Source: Candidatus Parcubacteria bacterium (lineage in GTDB: Bacteria > Patescibacteriota > Minisyncoccia > UBA6257 > JAGOQP01). Taken from it: 64,000 nt of DNA. The notes under the pieces were generated by a model. The model had not been told where the DNA came from. It ran no database searches and was given only the letters and a program-made list of their open reading frames with translations. The translations under genes were made by a program, and so were the position numbers. The stretch is taken from positions 237,638 to 301,637 of the forward strand of contig AP024682.1 in assembly GCA_025999395.1 (NCBI GenBank), given 5' to 3'. Below, piece by piece: positions 55,375 to 64,000 of the stretch; the first letter of the stretch is position 1; every line of letters begins with the position of its first letter.

Positions 55375-56136
55375 ATGAAAAAGCTAGTGGTTTTTAACTG
55401 GAAAATGAATCCTTCTTCTTTTCAAAAAGCGAAAAAACTTTTTGATTTTTCTTTAAAACAATCCCGAAAGTTATCTGCTCATCTTTCGGTTGTAATTGCT
55501 CCTCCCTTTGTTTATTTGGAGCATTTTTTTTATTTGCTAAATTCAAAATTCAAAAAAGAGAAGGGGATTTCTTTGGCTGCTCAAAATGTTTCTTTTAAAA
55601 ATGAAGGGAGTTTTACCGGCGAGATTTCAGCTAAGATGCTGAAAGATATTGGAGTTTCTTATGTAATTGTTGGACATTCAGAAAGACGTTATCTTTTTGG
55701 AGAAAACGATTCTTTGATTGCTGAAAAAATTAAAAGGGCTTGGGAAAATAAAATTACTCCTATTCTTTGTGTGGGAGAGAAGAAAAGATCCTCTTTCTCT
55801 TCCGCTTGGTCTTTTGTAAGAAAGCAGATCGAAAAAGATTTAGTTTTTTTAAAAAAAAGGGAAAAAAATTTAGTTATTGCCTATGAACCCGTTTGGTCAA
55901 TTGGAGGCAATAAACCAGTGGATTCATTGCGCGCCTCTTTGATGATAGAAAAAATCAAGTCTTTTTTAAAAGAGCGATTTCATCTTCTTTTGCCAGTACT
56001 TTATGGAGGAAGCGTTGATTGCCAAAAAATTGATGATTTTTTAAAATATTCTCAGATTGATGGTTTTTTGGTCGGCTCAGCCAGTCTTTCTTTAAGGGAA
56101 ATTAAATGCTTATTAACAAAGGTTGATAATTTTTAA
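55375..56136 (+). CDS. tpiA: Triosephosphate isomerase.
   Basis: FNWKMN, IVGHSERR, AYEPVWSIGGNK. Confidence 0.85.
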   Translation: MKKLVVFNWKMNPSSFQKAKKLFDFSLKQSRKLSAHLSVVIAPPFVYLEHFFYLLNSKFKKEKGISLAAQNVSFKNEGSFTGEISAKMLKDIGVSYVIVGHSERRYLFGENDSLIAEKIKRAWENKITPILCVGEKKRSSFSSAWSFVRKQIEKDLVFLKKREKNLVIAYEPVWSIGGNKPVDSLRASLMIEKIKSFLKERFHLLLPVLYGGSVDCQKIDDFLKYSQIDGFLVGSASLSLREIKCLLTKVDNF

Positions 56137-56947
56137 TTTATTGTTAAGTCTTAAAATTAAGAGTAAAATAAAAAATATGAATTTTTTCAGCAAAGAATTT
56201 CTTTTTGGAACTTTAAGTTTTCTAGTTTTAGCAATGGCGGTTCTTTTGATTTACTCTGTTTTTTGGGGACCAATTGCTAATTACTCCAGCTCTCTTTTGC
56301 CAGCTCGGACTTTATCGGTTTCGGCTTCCGATAAAGTAACGGTAAAGCCGGATGTTGCTTTTCTTTCTTTTTCGGTAGTGAAAGAAGGTTCAAAAATTGA
56401 AAAAATAATAGAAGAAGGCAACCAAACAGTTAATCAAGCAATTGAATTTCTAAAATCATCAGGAATAGAAGAAAAAGATATTAAAACAACTGAGTATAAT
56501 CTTTCTCCAGTTTATTCTTCTCCTTCTAAATGGGGAGAAGAATTTATTCCTCGAATTGTTAAATATTCCTTTACTCAAACAGTAAGCGTTAAAGTAAGAG
56601 ATTTTAAGAAAATTTCTTCCATCTTGGAAAAACTTCCTCAATTGGGAATTAATCGGATAGGGGACTTGTCTTTTGGAATTGATGAGCCAGAAGTTTTTCT
56701 TTCTCAAGCTAGAGAAAAAGCTTTTCAGAAAGCTAAAGAAAAGGCAGAAAAAATTGCTTCTCAAAACGGATTAAAATTAGGAAGAATTATTTCTCTTTCT
56801 GATTATTCTGGAAATTACTATCCGGTACCGATGGGGCGGGGCGGAGCTGATAAATTGGAAAGCGCCGCTCTTTCTGTGGCTCCTTCGATTGAACCCGGAA
56901 GTCAGGAGGTAAGCGTCAATGTCAGTGTCATTTATGAGATTAAATAA
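56123..56947 (+). CDS. SIMPL/DUF541-domain secreted protein.
   Basis: N-terminal TM or signal. A YggE-like layout with a C-terminal SVNVSVIYEI. Confidence 0.55.
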   Translation: MIIFNLLLSLKIKSKIKNMNFFSKEFLFGTLSFLVLAMAVLLIYSVFWGPIANYSSSLLPARTLSVSASDKVTVKPDVAFLSFSVVKEGSKIEKIIEEGNQTVNQAIEFLKSSGIEEKDIKTTEYNLSPVYSSPSKWGEEFIPRIVKYSFTQTVSVKVRDFKKISSILEKLPQLGINRIGDLSFGIDEPEVFLSQAREKAFQKAKEKAEKIASQNGLKLGRIISLSDYSGNYYPVPMGRGGADKLESAALSVAPSIEPGSQEVSVNVSVIYEIK

Positions 56948-57722
56948 GAAATTTCTTCGCTCTTTTGTGGTGATTGTAATTGCTTTTGTGACTCTCTTGG
57001 GGCTTTCTGACTTGATCTTTGTTTTGAGTGGAGTTTTTGATAAAATTAATAAAAATCCTTCAGAAAAGATAATGGAAAAAGTAAGTTTAAAAACAGAAGA
57101 TGGAAGAGTTTTAGCGGCTAATTATTTTGAGGTTACTAATCCAGAGGGCTGGGTGCTTTATTTGCATATGATGCCAGCCACTAAAGAATCTTTTAATGAT
57201 TTAGCTCAAAAATTAGCGCAAAAAAGGTTTGCTGGTTTAGCTTTGGATTTGAGGGGTCATGGCGAATCAGAAGGAGGGCCTCAAGGTTATCTTTCTTTTT
57301 CTGACAAAGAGCATCAGGATTCTTACTTTGATGTTTTGGCGGGTATTGACTTCTTGAAATCTCGAGGAGCCACAGAAGAAAAGATTTATTTAGTGGGAGC
57401 TTCTATTGGAGCTAATTTGGCTTTAAAATATCTTGCTCAACATCCTCAGGCTCGGGGAGGAGTTTTGCTTTCGCCGGGAATTAATTATCGAGGAATTACC
57501 ACCAGAGATTTGGTGGTACACTTATCGACTTCAAGCAGGGTTATTTTTCTAGCTAGTCGAGATGATGGCGACAACGCTTCGGAAGTTGAAGAATTATTTG
57601 CTTTGGTTCCAGAGGGAGTAAAAAAGGAAAAAATTATTTTAGAAAACGCGGGTCACGGAACAAAAATTTTAGAAAACGAGGCGTGGGTGACGGAGAGAAT
57701 TATTGATTTTCTTACTCAATAA
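56919..57722 (+). CDS. Alpha/beta-hydrolase-fold protein.
   Basis: GASIGANLAL nucleophile elbow (GxSxG) and HG near the C-terminus. N-terminal TM. Confidence 0.6.
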   Translation: MSVSFMRLNKKFLRSFVVIVIAFVTLLGLSDLIFVLSGVFDKINKNPSEKIMEKVSLKTEDGRVLAANYFEVTNPEGWVLYLHMMPATKESFNDLAQKLAQKRFAGLALDLRGHGESEGGPQGYLSFSDKEHQDSYFDVLAGIDFLKSRGATEEKIYLVGASIGANLALKYLAQHPQARGGVLLSPGINYRGITTRDLVVHLSTSSRVIFLASRDDGDNASEVEELFALVPEGVKKEKIILENAGHGTKILENEAWVTERIIDFLTQ

Positions 57723-58335
57723 AATGGCTACTCGAAAAGATTTTTTGTTGGTTTTTATTATCGGAGTTTTTTTTGGAGTTTTTTCTTTGCCAATTATTAA
57801 AAATGTTGCCAGTAGTTTTTCTTTTTCTTGGGTACTAGCAACGGGGTTTGTTTTTTTCTTAGGGATGGTAGCGGTTTTTTTTCTCTGGTTGGCTTCTTTG
57901 ATTTCTTTAAAAATTCCAATAGTTTTTCAATTAGCTAAGTTTGCAGCGGTGGGTTCTTTTAATACTTTTTTAGACTGGGGGATAGTTAATTTACTGATTT
58001 TTTTAACAGGAATTGTGAGTGGTTTGGGGTTTAGTCTTTTTAAGGCAATTTCTTTCTTAATAGCAAATATCGGAAGTTATTTTTGGAATAAGTACTGGAC
58101 TTTTATTGATAAAGATAAAGCCAACATTCAGGAGTTTGGAAAATTTTTTGTTGTTAGTGTTATTGGGATGGTGTTGAATGTAGTGGTTGCTTCTTTAATT
58201 GTTAACTACATTGCTTATCCTTCTTCTTTAAGCCCTCGGCAGTGGGCTAATGTTGCACTTTTGGTAGCTACTTTAGTTTCTTTGGTTTGGAACTTTGTGG
58301 GTTATAAGTTTTTTGTTTTTGAGAAGAAAAACTAA
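57703..58335 (+). CDS. GtrA-family membrane protein.
   Basis: 4 TM helices. FAAVGSFNTFLDWGIVNLL and YFWNKYWTF are typical of GtrA. Confidence 0.6.
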   Translation: MIFLLNKMATRKDFLLVFIIGVFFGVFSLPIIKNVASSFSFSWVLATGFVFFLGMVAVFFLWLASLISLKIPIVFQLAKFAAVGSFNTFLDWGIVNLLIFLTGIVSGLGFSLFKAISFLIANIGSYFWNKYWTFIDKDKANIQEFGKFFVVSVIGMVLNVVVASLIVNYIAYPSSLSPRQWANVALLVATLVSLVWNFVGYKFFVFEKKN

Positions 58336-58474
58336 CTTTTGTAAGAAAACCAAGTTTTATTTTTAAATTACCATTAAATCATCTATTAATATATAAGTAT
58401 TTTCTTGTTAAAATTATAAAAATCACTTACCTTTTGTTTTATTATAATTAATACATTTTATTAATTTTGATTGT

Positions 58475-60337
58475 ATGCAAAAAACAAAAAACAAGGGAAT
58501 TTTTTTATCGAGTACTTCTATTACTACCTTTATTTTTTTAATTGCGCTTTTCAATGTTATTAATTTTGCAACCAATCTGGCTTTAGCGGTTCAAGAAGAT
58601 GGAGGTTGCGAATACACTGGTAATGGTTATCTTTGCGGAGGTGAGTGGTATGAAGGAGGAAGCAGTGGAGGAGGAGAAGGAGGTGGAGGAACTGGCGGGG
58701 GATTAGCTTCTGCTATTGGTAAAGTGGCGGCCACAGCTGATGAAGCTATTCAGCTTAGAAGAACAGTTAAAGATTATGCTTATGGAGCTTGTGCTACTAT
58801 TCCAAATCCTTTTAAGATAGCTGCTTTGCCAGGAAAGATTCTTGAATTGAAATTAAAAGTGGCTGAATTACAAGCACGAATCTTACAAGACGGTCCGCTT
58901 TCGTTAACTTCGAAGTTTGATGATTTAGTTAAGAAAACAGATGAATTTACTTTCTATGCTCTTCAAACTACTTTACCAGGAGGATGTCATAAAAGCAAAA
59001 TTGATAGTACTTCTAAGGATTTGAATGATTTACTTGTTTTTATAAGAGATGAAGCGGCCAAGGATTTTCTTTCTTCTAAACTACCTCAAGTTATTACTTT
59101 AGCCGCCAACAATATTTCAAGTGTTTCAGCGACTTTGAGGGGTTCGGTAAGTCCGCCAGCTCAAAACAGCGCCGTCTACTGGTTTGAGTGGGGCGAAAAT
59201 CAAAGTGATCTTTCTAAAAAAACAACAGAAAAAACAACAGGCATTGTTTCCTCTTTAAGTGTTTCTGAAAACATTTCCGGATTAACAGTGGGAAAAACCT
59301 ACTATTTTAGAGTAGCGGCTCGAACGGAGGGAAAAAGTAAAGTAGCCTACGGTCAGATTTTAAGTTTTGTTGCTCAATCAACTAGTTCTCAACAATTCAC
59401 TCTCACTGTTTCCAAATCAGGAACAGGAAGTGGAACTGTTACCTCAACTCCCACAGGAATTAATTGTGGTACTGATTGTAGTGAATCTTATGCTTCTGGT
59501 ACTTCTGTTACTCTTCGGGCTACTGCAAGTGCAGGCTCAGTTTTTGCTGGCTGGAGTGGGGATTGTTCGGGAACAGGAACTTGTACAGTAGCATTAGATA
59601 GTAATAAAACAGTAACTGCTACTTTCAATTCTTCAAGTGGTGGCAGCGGAGGAACCCTTTCTTATAGTCAGGAGCATAGTTATTATGGCGATACTTATTA
59701 TTTAACGGTTTCTAATGGGCCGGCTTCTTTAAGTGGCACTCTTTATAAACGAACCAAAAATACTGTTGATGATAACTGGGGTAATTGGGTAACAAGTTCT
59801 AATTGGATTCAAACAGATAATCAAGGAAACGCAAGAAAACCAGCTGGAAGTGGTACTTGGACTTGTTTAGAAGCAGATCCAGATGTTGCCGAAATTTATA
59901 TAAAGTGGTCAAATGGACTTGAAACAAACCGCGCCGTTCATTACTGTACAGTAAGAGAAAATAACTCTCAACAATTCACTCTCACTGTTTCCAAATCAGG
60001 AACAGGAAGTGGAACTGTTACCTCAACTCCCACAGGAATTAATTGTGGTACTGATTGTAGTGAATCTTATGCTTCTGGTACTTCTGTTACTCTTCGGGCT
60101 ACTGCAAGTGCAGGCTCAGTTTTTGCTGGCTGGAGTGGGGATTGTTCGGGAACAGGAACTTGTACAGTAGCATTAGATAGTAATAAAACAGTAACTGCTA
60201 CTTTTAATCACATGTCTGTGAGTAGTGGAGATCCTTCGGTTAATGGTGAAAATCAACCAGGTCCGTCTGGTACCTACACTCTTTCTCTGAAACTAGGGCA
60301 TTTTCAAGGAGGTTCATCCTTTGTTGAGGATCGGTAA
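58475..60337 (+). CDS. Secreted multidomain surface protein, paralogue of the 1..3351 protein, with two identical InlB-B-repeat modules.
   Basis: Signal/TM at the N-terminus. A Gly-rich linker and an FN3-like module. The module QQFTLTVSKSGTGSGTVTSTPTGINCGTDCSESYASGTSVTLRATASAGSVFAGWSGDCSGTGTCTVALDSNKTVTATFN occurs twice. The segment between the two copies is homologous to the N-terminal region of the 1..3351 protein. Confidence 0.55.
   Translation: MQKTKNKGIFLSSTSITTFIFLIALFNVINFATNLALAVQEDGGCEYTGNGYLCGGEWYEGGSSGGGEGGGGTGGGLASAIGKVAATADEAIQLRRTVKDYAYGACATIPNPFKIAALPGKILELKLKVAELQARILQDGPLSLTSKFDDLVKKTDEFTFYALQTTLPGGCHKSKIDSTSKDLNDLLVFIRDEAAKDFLSSKLPQVITLAANNISSVSATLRGSVSPPAQNSAVYWFEWGENQSDLSKKTTEKTTGIVSSLSVSENISGLTVGKTYYFRVAARTEGKSKVAYGQILSFVAQSTSSQQFTLTVSKSGTGSGTVTSTPTGINCGTDCSESYASGTSVTLRATASAGSVFAGWSGDCSGTGTCTVALDSNKTVTATFNSSSGGSGGTLSYSQEHSYYGDTYYLTVSNGPASLSGTLYKRTKNTVDDNWGNWVTSSNWIQTDNQGNARKPAGSGTWTCLEADPDVAEIYIKWSNGLETNRAVHYCTVRENNSQQFTLTVSKSGTGSGTVTSTPTGINCGTDCSESYASGTSVTLRATASAGSVFAGWSGDCSGTGTCTVALDSNKTVTATFNHMSVSSGDPSVNGENQPGPSGTYTLSLKLGHFQGGSSFVEDR
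59387..59629 (+). repeat. Direct repeat copy 1 (243 bp), one mismatch versus copy 2.
   Basis: Nucleotide-identical to 59966..60208 apart from a C/T at the last codon (59626 vs 60205). The offset is 579 bp, which is 193 codons. Confidence 0.9.
59966..60208 (+). repeat. Direct repeat copy 2 (243 bp).
   Basis: See copy 1. Confidence 0.9.
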
Positions 60338-60367
60338 CTAACCAACACCGAAAAATCTCAACTCAAG

Positions 60368-62419
60368 GTGGAAATTTGGACTCAGTCTACAGGAATTTAT
60401 AGCAGTGGTACAAAAGTTGCCGAAGGCAGTCTTGATTCTCCTATCTCTTTAAGTCCCGGGACTTATCAGGCGGTTTTGAAAGGTTCTTTACCCTCACCTT
60501 ATAATGCTACCAAGCAAGTTCCCTTAAATTGTGTTTTCTTCTCAATTTCTTCTTCTCAGTCAACCGGAGTAACCTGCACTCTTGAGGCTTACAACAAAAA
60601 CGATACTAGCAATTATAATCTTCCCTCATCAGAAAGACCCTCCGGTGCCCCACCAATGGTAGAAGTTGATTCGTCTCTAGGTTCCTATCAGTTTGTTAAA
60701 AATGTGGTGGATATAAGCGAAGATGGTCCTAGTAGTAGTATTACTTCTATTAAGTTTGCTACCTTATACGGCAAAAAAGTAATGTTAATTGGGACAAGAA
60801 AGTACTTAGATTCAAGTAGAAGATATGAATATAAGCTTTCGATTTATGATATAGCCAATCCGTTTAATCCTCAATTACTTAAGGAAAATACTTTTTCGGA
60901 TGATTCTGCTGAGGTAAAGAGTATTTTACTTGGCGCTGCTGATTTCTCACAGCTAACGATTCTCGATAATCATCCGGTGATTTATGGGCGTCCCAATTAT
61001 GCTGCAACTGGTGCTGTTCATGTTTTTGTCAAAATTAACCCCGACTGGAGTTTAGGCGATATTCAAGATTTTGATGTTAAAGAAAGTGGAGGCAGTATTA
61101 GTAATAAGTATGTTCCTACCACTTTATTCCGCGGCTTAGATGGGAAACCGTATGCTTTAGCATACGATACTTCAGAGGGCTATGGTTGCAACAACATTAA
61201 AATTTTAGATGTCTCGTCTTCTACTGCTTCTATTATTGGCGAGATAAAAGAATCAGAACTGAATATAGGTTATTGCGAGTCGGGAATAGATTATAATAAT
61301 TCAAAATCTATCAGATGGTTTGCTGCTCAGCCAGTGCGTGCTTCAAGCGGAAAATTATATCTGGTTATTCCAACCGACGATGCAGTTGCTCGTCTTCATA
61401 CCTCAGAACGAGCTTGGATTTCTGTTTTTGATGTTAGCAACCCTTCTAATCCTCAGTTTGTTGGTAAATGGCAAATGAGCGGATTAAATGGTCAGCTTCA
61501 TTTTCCTGATGCGTCGGAATCTGAAAAAGCCAAAATTTATGCTGATGCTGGCTTAATAGAAGTTGATCCAGTAACCGGCTATGTCTACGATATTTTTCCC
61601 CATATGTATGACTTTCAAAACGGAGCTTATATGACAAGTGGAGAAGCAGTTAACGCCTTCAACAAAATCTCCGGTCCTTGGCGTTATCGCAACGGCATTA
61701 TTATCAGAAAACTGAACAACTCCGGTAATTTTGATTTTGTTTATCGAGCTACTTTGTGTGAAACTGAGGGGAGCAGACCAAGCGGTAGTCAGTCTGGTAG
61801 CTTTCACCGGGTAGAATGTGGCGACCAAGCCGAATGGTGGGGCAACAAAACTTTTGATGAAGCTTTTTATGGCATTGGAGGTTATATAACAATACTACCA
61901 TTGCCTGGAACTCACGCTTATAATGGTTTGGTTTTATTGAGGGATCTTACTAAATCCTCTATTGAAGAAAGTGGGCTAAGATTGGGTGGCAAAAAAATTA
62001 AAATGATTGCTGGTTCCCCAGTGGTTGTTGGCTTAATGACTTCTGATAATAAATTCAAAATTATCCCTGATTCTTCAGATGAATTTCTTAAATTCTCGGG
62101 TTCGCTTGCAAAAATTATTAGCACCGGTCAATACACAAATTATGGCAAATATCTCTTTGATGCCCATCTTCAACAAGTCGATAATAAAACCTTTGCTATC
62201 TTCCAGATTCATCCCACCTCAATTGATGTGGTTAAACTCACTTTAACTCAACCTCGTCCTCTTCCTTCAAGTAGCCCCTCTTTTACTCCTCAGGCTACTA
62301 CAATGACTCTTACTACTGCTTCTGCTACACCCTCAACAGGAACCTCCTCTTCCATTCAAGGAACTCTCTATTCTATTAGAAGTATTCTTAATAATTTAAG
62401 AAGAATTCTAAGTAGATAA
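60368..62419 (+). CDS. LVIVD-repeat beta-propeller protein with a Ser/Thr/Pro-rich C-terminal tail. It is in the same frame as the upstream surface-protein gene, separated only by a TAA.
   Basis: YKLSIYDIANPFNPQLL and WISVFDVSNPSNPQFVGKW are LVIVD-repeat signatures. GTG start. No signal peptide and no convincing RBS. Confidence 0.5.
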   Translation: MEIWTQSTGIYSSGTKVAEGSLDSPISLSPGTYQAVLKGSLPSPYNATKQVPLNCVFFSISSSQSTGVTCTLEAYNKNDTSNYNLPSSERPSGAPPMVEVDSSLGSYQFVKNVVDISEDGPSSSITSIKFATLYGKKVMLIGTRKYLDSSRRYEYKLSIYDIANPFNPQLLKENTFSDDSAEVKSILLGAADFSQLTILDNHPVIYGRPNYAATGAVHVFVKINPDWSLGDIQDFDVKESGGSISNKYVPTTLFRGLDGKPYALAYDTSEGYGCNNIKILDVSSSTASIIGEIKESELNIGYCESGIDYNNSKSIRWFAAQPVRASSGKLYLVIPTDDAVARLHTSERAWISVFDVSNPSNPQFVGKWQMSGLNGQLHFPDASESEKAKIYADAGLIEVDPVTGYVYDIFPHMYDFQNGAYMTSGEAVNAFNKISGPWRYRNGIIIRKLNNSGNFDFVYRATLCETEGSRPSGSQSGSFHRVECGDQAEWWGNKTFDEAFYGIGGYITILPLPGTHAYNGLVLLRDLTKSSIEESGLRLGGKKIKMIAGSPVVVGLMTSDNKFKIIPDSSDEFLKFSGSLAKIISTGQYTNYGKYLFDAHLQQVDNKTFAIFQIHPTSIDVVKLTLTQPRPLPSSSPSFTPQATTMTLTTASATPSTGTSSSIQGTLYSIRSILNNLRRILSR

Positions 62420-62676
62420 TACTGGAAGCATTATATTTTCTTAGCTTTCTCTTTTTAGAGCAGAATTTTCTTGTTGAGTAAACAGTAAGAACAAATGCGA
62501 GGCAGCGGGTGAGCTTAATCTTGTTTCTTACATGTTTGCTGATTTTTTAGGGGTGGTGAGGCAATTTTTGTGTTTTTATTTTTCAAAACTTAGTGTAAAA
62601 TAAAAATGGTGGCGGAAAATGCTCACTCAAGTAAGAAAAAAAACAGGAGCCTACCTTTCCGCCACCATTTTTATTA

Positions 62677-63681
62677 ATGGTGAAAAAAGAAGTAAAATCA
62701 AAAAATTTCTTTTCTGCCCTTATTAGCGGAGGTCTGAAAAGAAATGTTTCATTAAAAAATTACAGTCATCTAAAAATTGGAGGCAGAGCCAGTTATTTTT
62801 TTAAGGCTTCGAAAATCGGTGATTTAATTTTAACTTTAACCTGGTGGCTTAATTCTTTTCCTCAAAAACCAATTTTTGTTTTGGGCGAGGGGACAAATGT
62901 TTTATTTAAGGGTGACTTTTTTGATGGCTTGGTGATTAAGATGGATTTAAAGAAATTGGATTATTTAGGGAAAGGCTTGGTTTTTGCGGAAGCGGGAGTT
63001 TCGATGAGGAAGTTAGTTAATTTTTGTTTTCAGAAAAAGTTGGCAGGATTAGAGTGGGCAGCGGGATTACCAGGAACAGTGGGGGGAGCGGTTTATGGAA
63101 ATGCTGGTTGTTTTGGGAGGGAAATCAGAGATGTAGTTGAAGGGGTTCTTACTTTGGAAAGAAGGGGGAAAGAGCTTTCTCTTTCTTTAAGAAAAAACAA
63201 AGAATGTTTGTTTAAATATCGGTCCAGTATTTTTAAGAAAAACCAAAAGAAAGGAGAGCTTCTCTTAATTGTTGGAGTTCTTTTAAAATTACAGCCAGTA
63301 AAAGATATAAAACCTTTTAGAGAAAAAGCCTCTTTTATTCTTCGTTATCGTCGTCAAAAACATCCTCTGGATTTTCCAACTCTTGGCAGTACCTTTAAAA
63401 ATATTTCTCTTTCTCGCCTGCCTTCTTCTTTAAGGAATAAATTTCAGGAGAAAATAAAAAATGATCCCTTTTTAGTTCTCCCGGTTGCGGTTCTTTTGGA
63501 AAAAGCAGGCTTAAAGGGAAAAAAGAAAGGGGGAGCGCAGTTTTCTTTGAAGCATCCAAACTTTATTGTTAATCTCGGGAAAGCTACCGCTAAAGATGTT
63601 TTGCAACTTATTGCTTTGGCAAAGAAAAAAGTTTGGAAAAAGTTTCAAGTAAAGATTGAGGAAGAAATTGAAATTGTGTAA
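62677..63681 (+). CDS. murB: UDP-N-acetylenolpyruvoylglucosamine reductase.
   Basis: LKIGGRASYFF, GEGTNVLF, GLEWAAGLPGTVGGAVYGNAGCFGREI. Confidence 0.85.
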   Translation: MVKKEVKSKNFFSALISGGLKRNVSLKNYSHLKIGGRASYFFKASKIGDLILTLTWWLNSFPQKPIFVLGEGTNVLFKGDFFDGLVIKMDLKKLDYLGKGLVFAEAGVSMRKLVNFCFQKKLAGLEWAAGLPGTVGGAVYGNAGCFGREIRDVVEGVLTLERRGKELSLSLRKNKECLFKYRSSIFKKNQKKGELLLIVGVLLKLQPVKDIKPFREKASFILRYRRQKHPLDFPTLGSTFKNISLSRLPSSLRNKFQEKIKNDPFLVLPVAVLLEKAGLKGKKKGGAQFSLKHPNFIVNLGKATAKDVLQLIALAKKKVWKKFQVKIEEEIEIV

Positions 63682-63910
63682 AGCTTTAATTTTTTTTAAA
63701 TTAGAACTTTAGAGAAAGAATAAATTTTTTTTAAAAATTTTTGAATGAAAAATTTTTACTTATCCACAGATTTTTGTTTTTCTTTTTTTAAAAATGTATT
63801 ATAATTAAGTTGATAAAAAATTTTTTAGCGTAATTGGGTGGTCGGCAATTACGCTAAATAAGTGAAATTAATTTTCTTTCTGTTAACAAAAAGCAGAAAG
63901 AAAGAAAATA

Positions 63911-63991
63911 ATGGCTATGAAAAAAAAGGCAGCCAAAAAAACCAAAAAAGCTGCCAAAAAATCAAGCAAAAAATCAAGCAAGAGAAGATAA
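63911..63991 (+). CDS. Possible 26-aa Lys-rich micro-ORF (MAMKKKAAKKTKKAAKKSSKKSSKRR).
   Basis: ATG preceded by an A/G-rich stretch (AAAGAAAGAAAATAATG). Very short, so it could be non-coding. Confidence 0.15.
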   Translation: MAMKKKAAKKTKKAAKKSSKKSSKRR

Positions 63992-64000
63992 AACTTCTTG

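Noticed and set aside
59387-60208. The 243-bp direct repeats considered as a CRISPR array or mobile element.
   Set aside because: There are only two copies, they are far longer than CRISPR repeats, they are fully coding (identical protein modules), and there are no cas genes or inverted terminal repeats.

Overview
This is a low-GC, gene-dense window of about 65 tightly packed genes, almost all on the + strand. The encoded functions are bacterial core housekeeping: translation (rpsU, rpsL-rpsG-fusA, rplM-rpsI, rpmB, efp, frr, pth, hisS/aspS/proS), division and cell wall (ftsA-ftsZ, murA/B/C, two mreB copies, mreCD-pbp2), secretion (secDF, lepB, rseP), nucleotide metabolism (B12-dependent class II RNR nrdJ, a cobalamin adenosyltransferase, a long-form thyX, ndk), a split comEC, and one tRNA-Pro. 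The reduced enzyme forms (ProRS without editing domain, AspRS without GAD) and Cys-rich insertions in core enzymes suggest a reduced genome of the CPR/Patescibacteria kind. This is inference from content and style, not a database hit. Non-housekeeping content: (i) two paralogous giant extracellular multidomain proteins, one at each edge of the window, built from InlB-B-repeat, FN3, Big_2 and PKD-like modules. The second carries a near-perfect 243-bp intragenic direct duplication. It is separated by a single in-frame TAA from a LVIVD-repeat beta-propeller ORF. (ii) A four-gene module at 17.0-21.7 kb of unknown function: a sigma70-region-4 + HARE-HTH-like DNA-binding protein, a soluble HerA/TraG/FtsK-superfamily ATPase with a C-terminal zinc ribbon, and two membrane proteins. 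I rank this as the best candidate for an undescribed DNA-translocation, secretion or defence system. (iii) Single-nucleotide frameshifts in two essential genes, rpsG and fusA. (iv) A promoter-fronted structured RNA candidate upstream of rpmB. All calls were made by eye from the ORF translations and the sequence, with no searches run.
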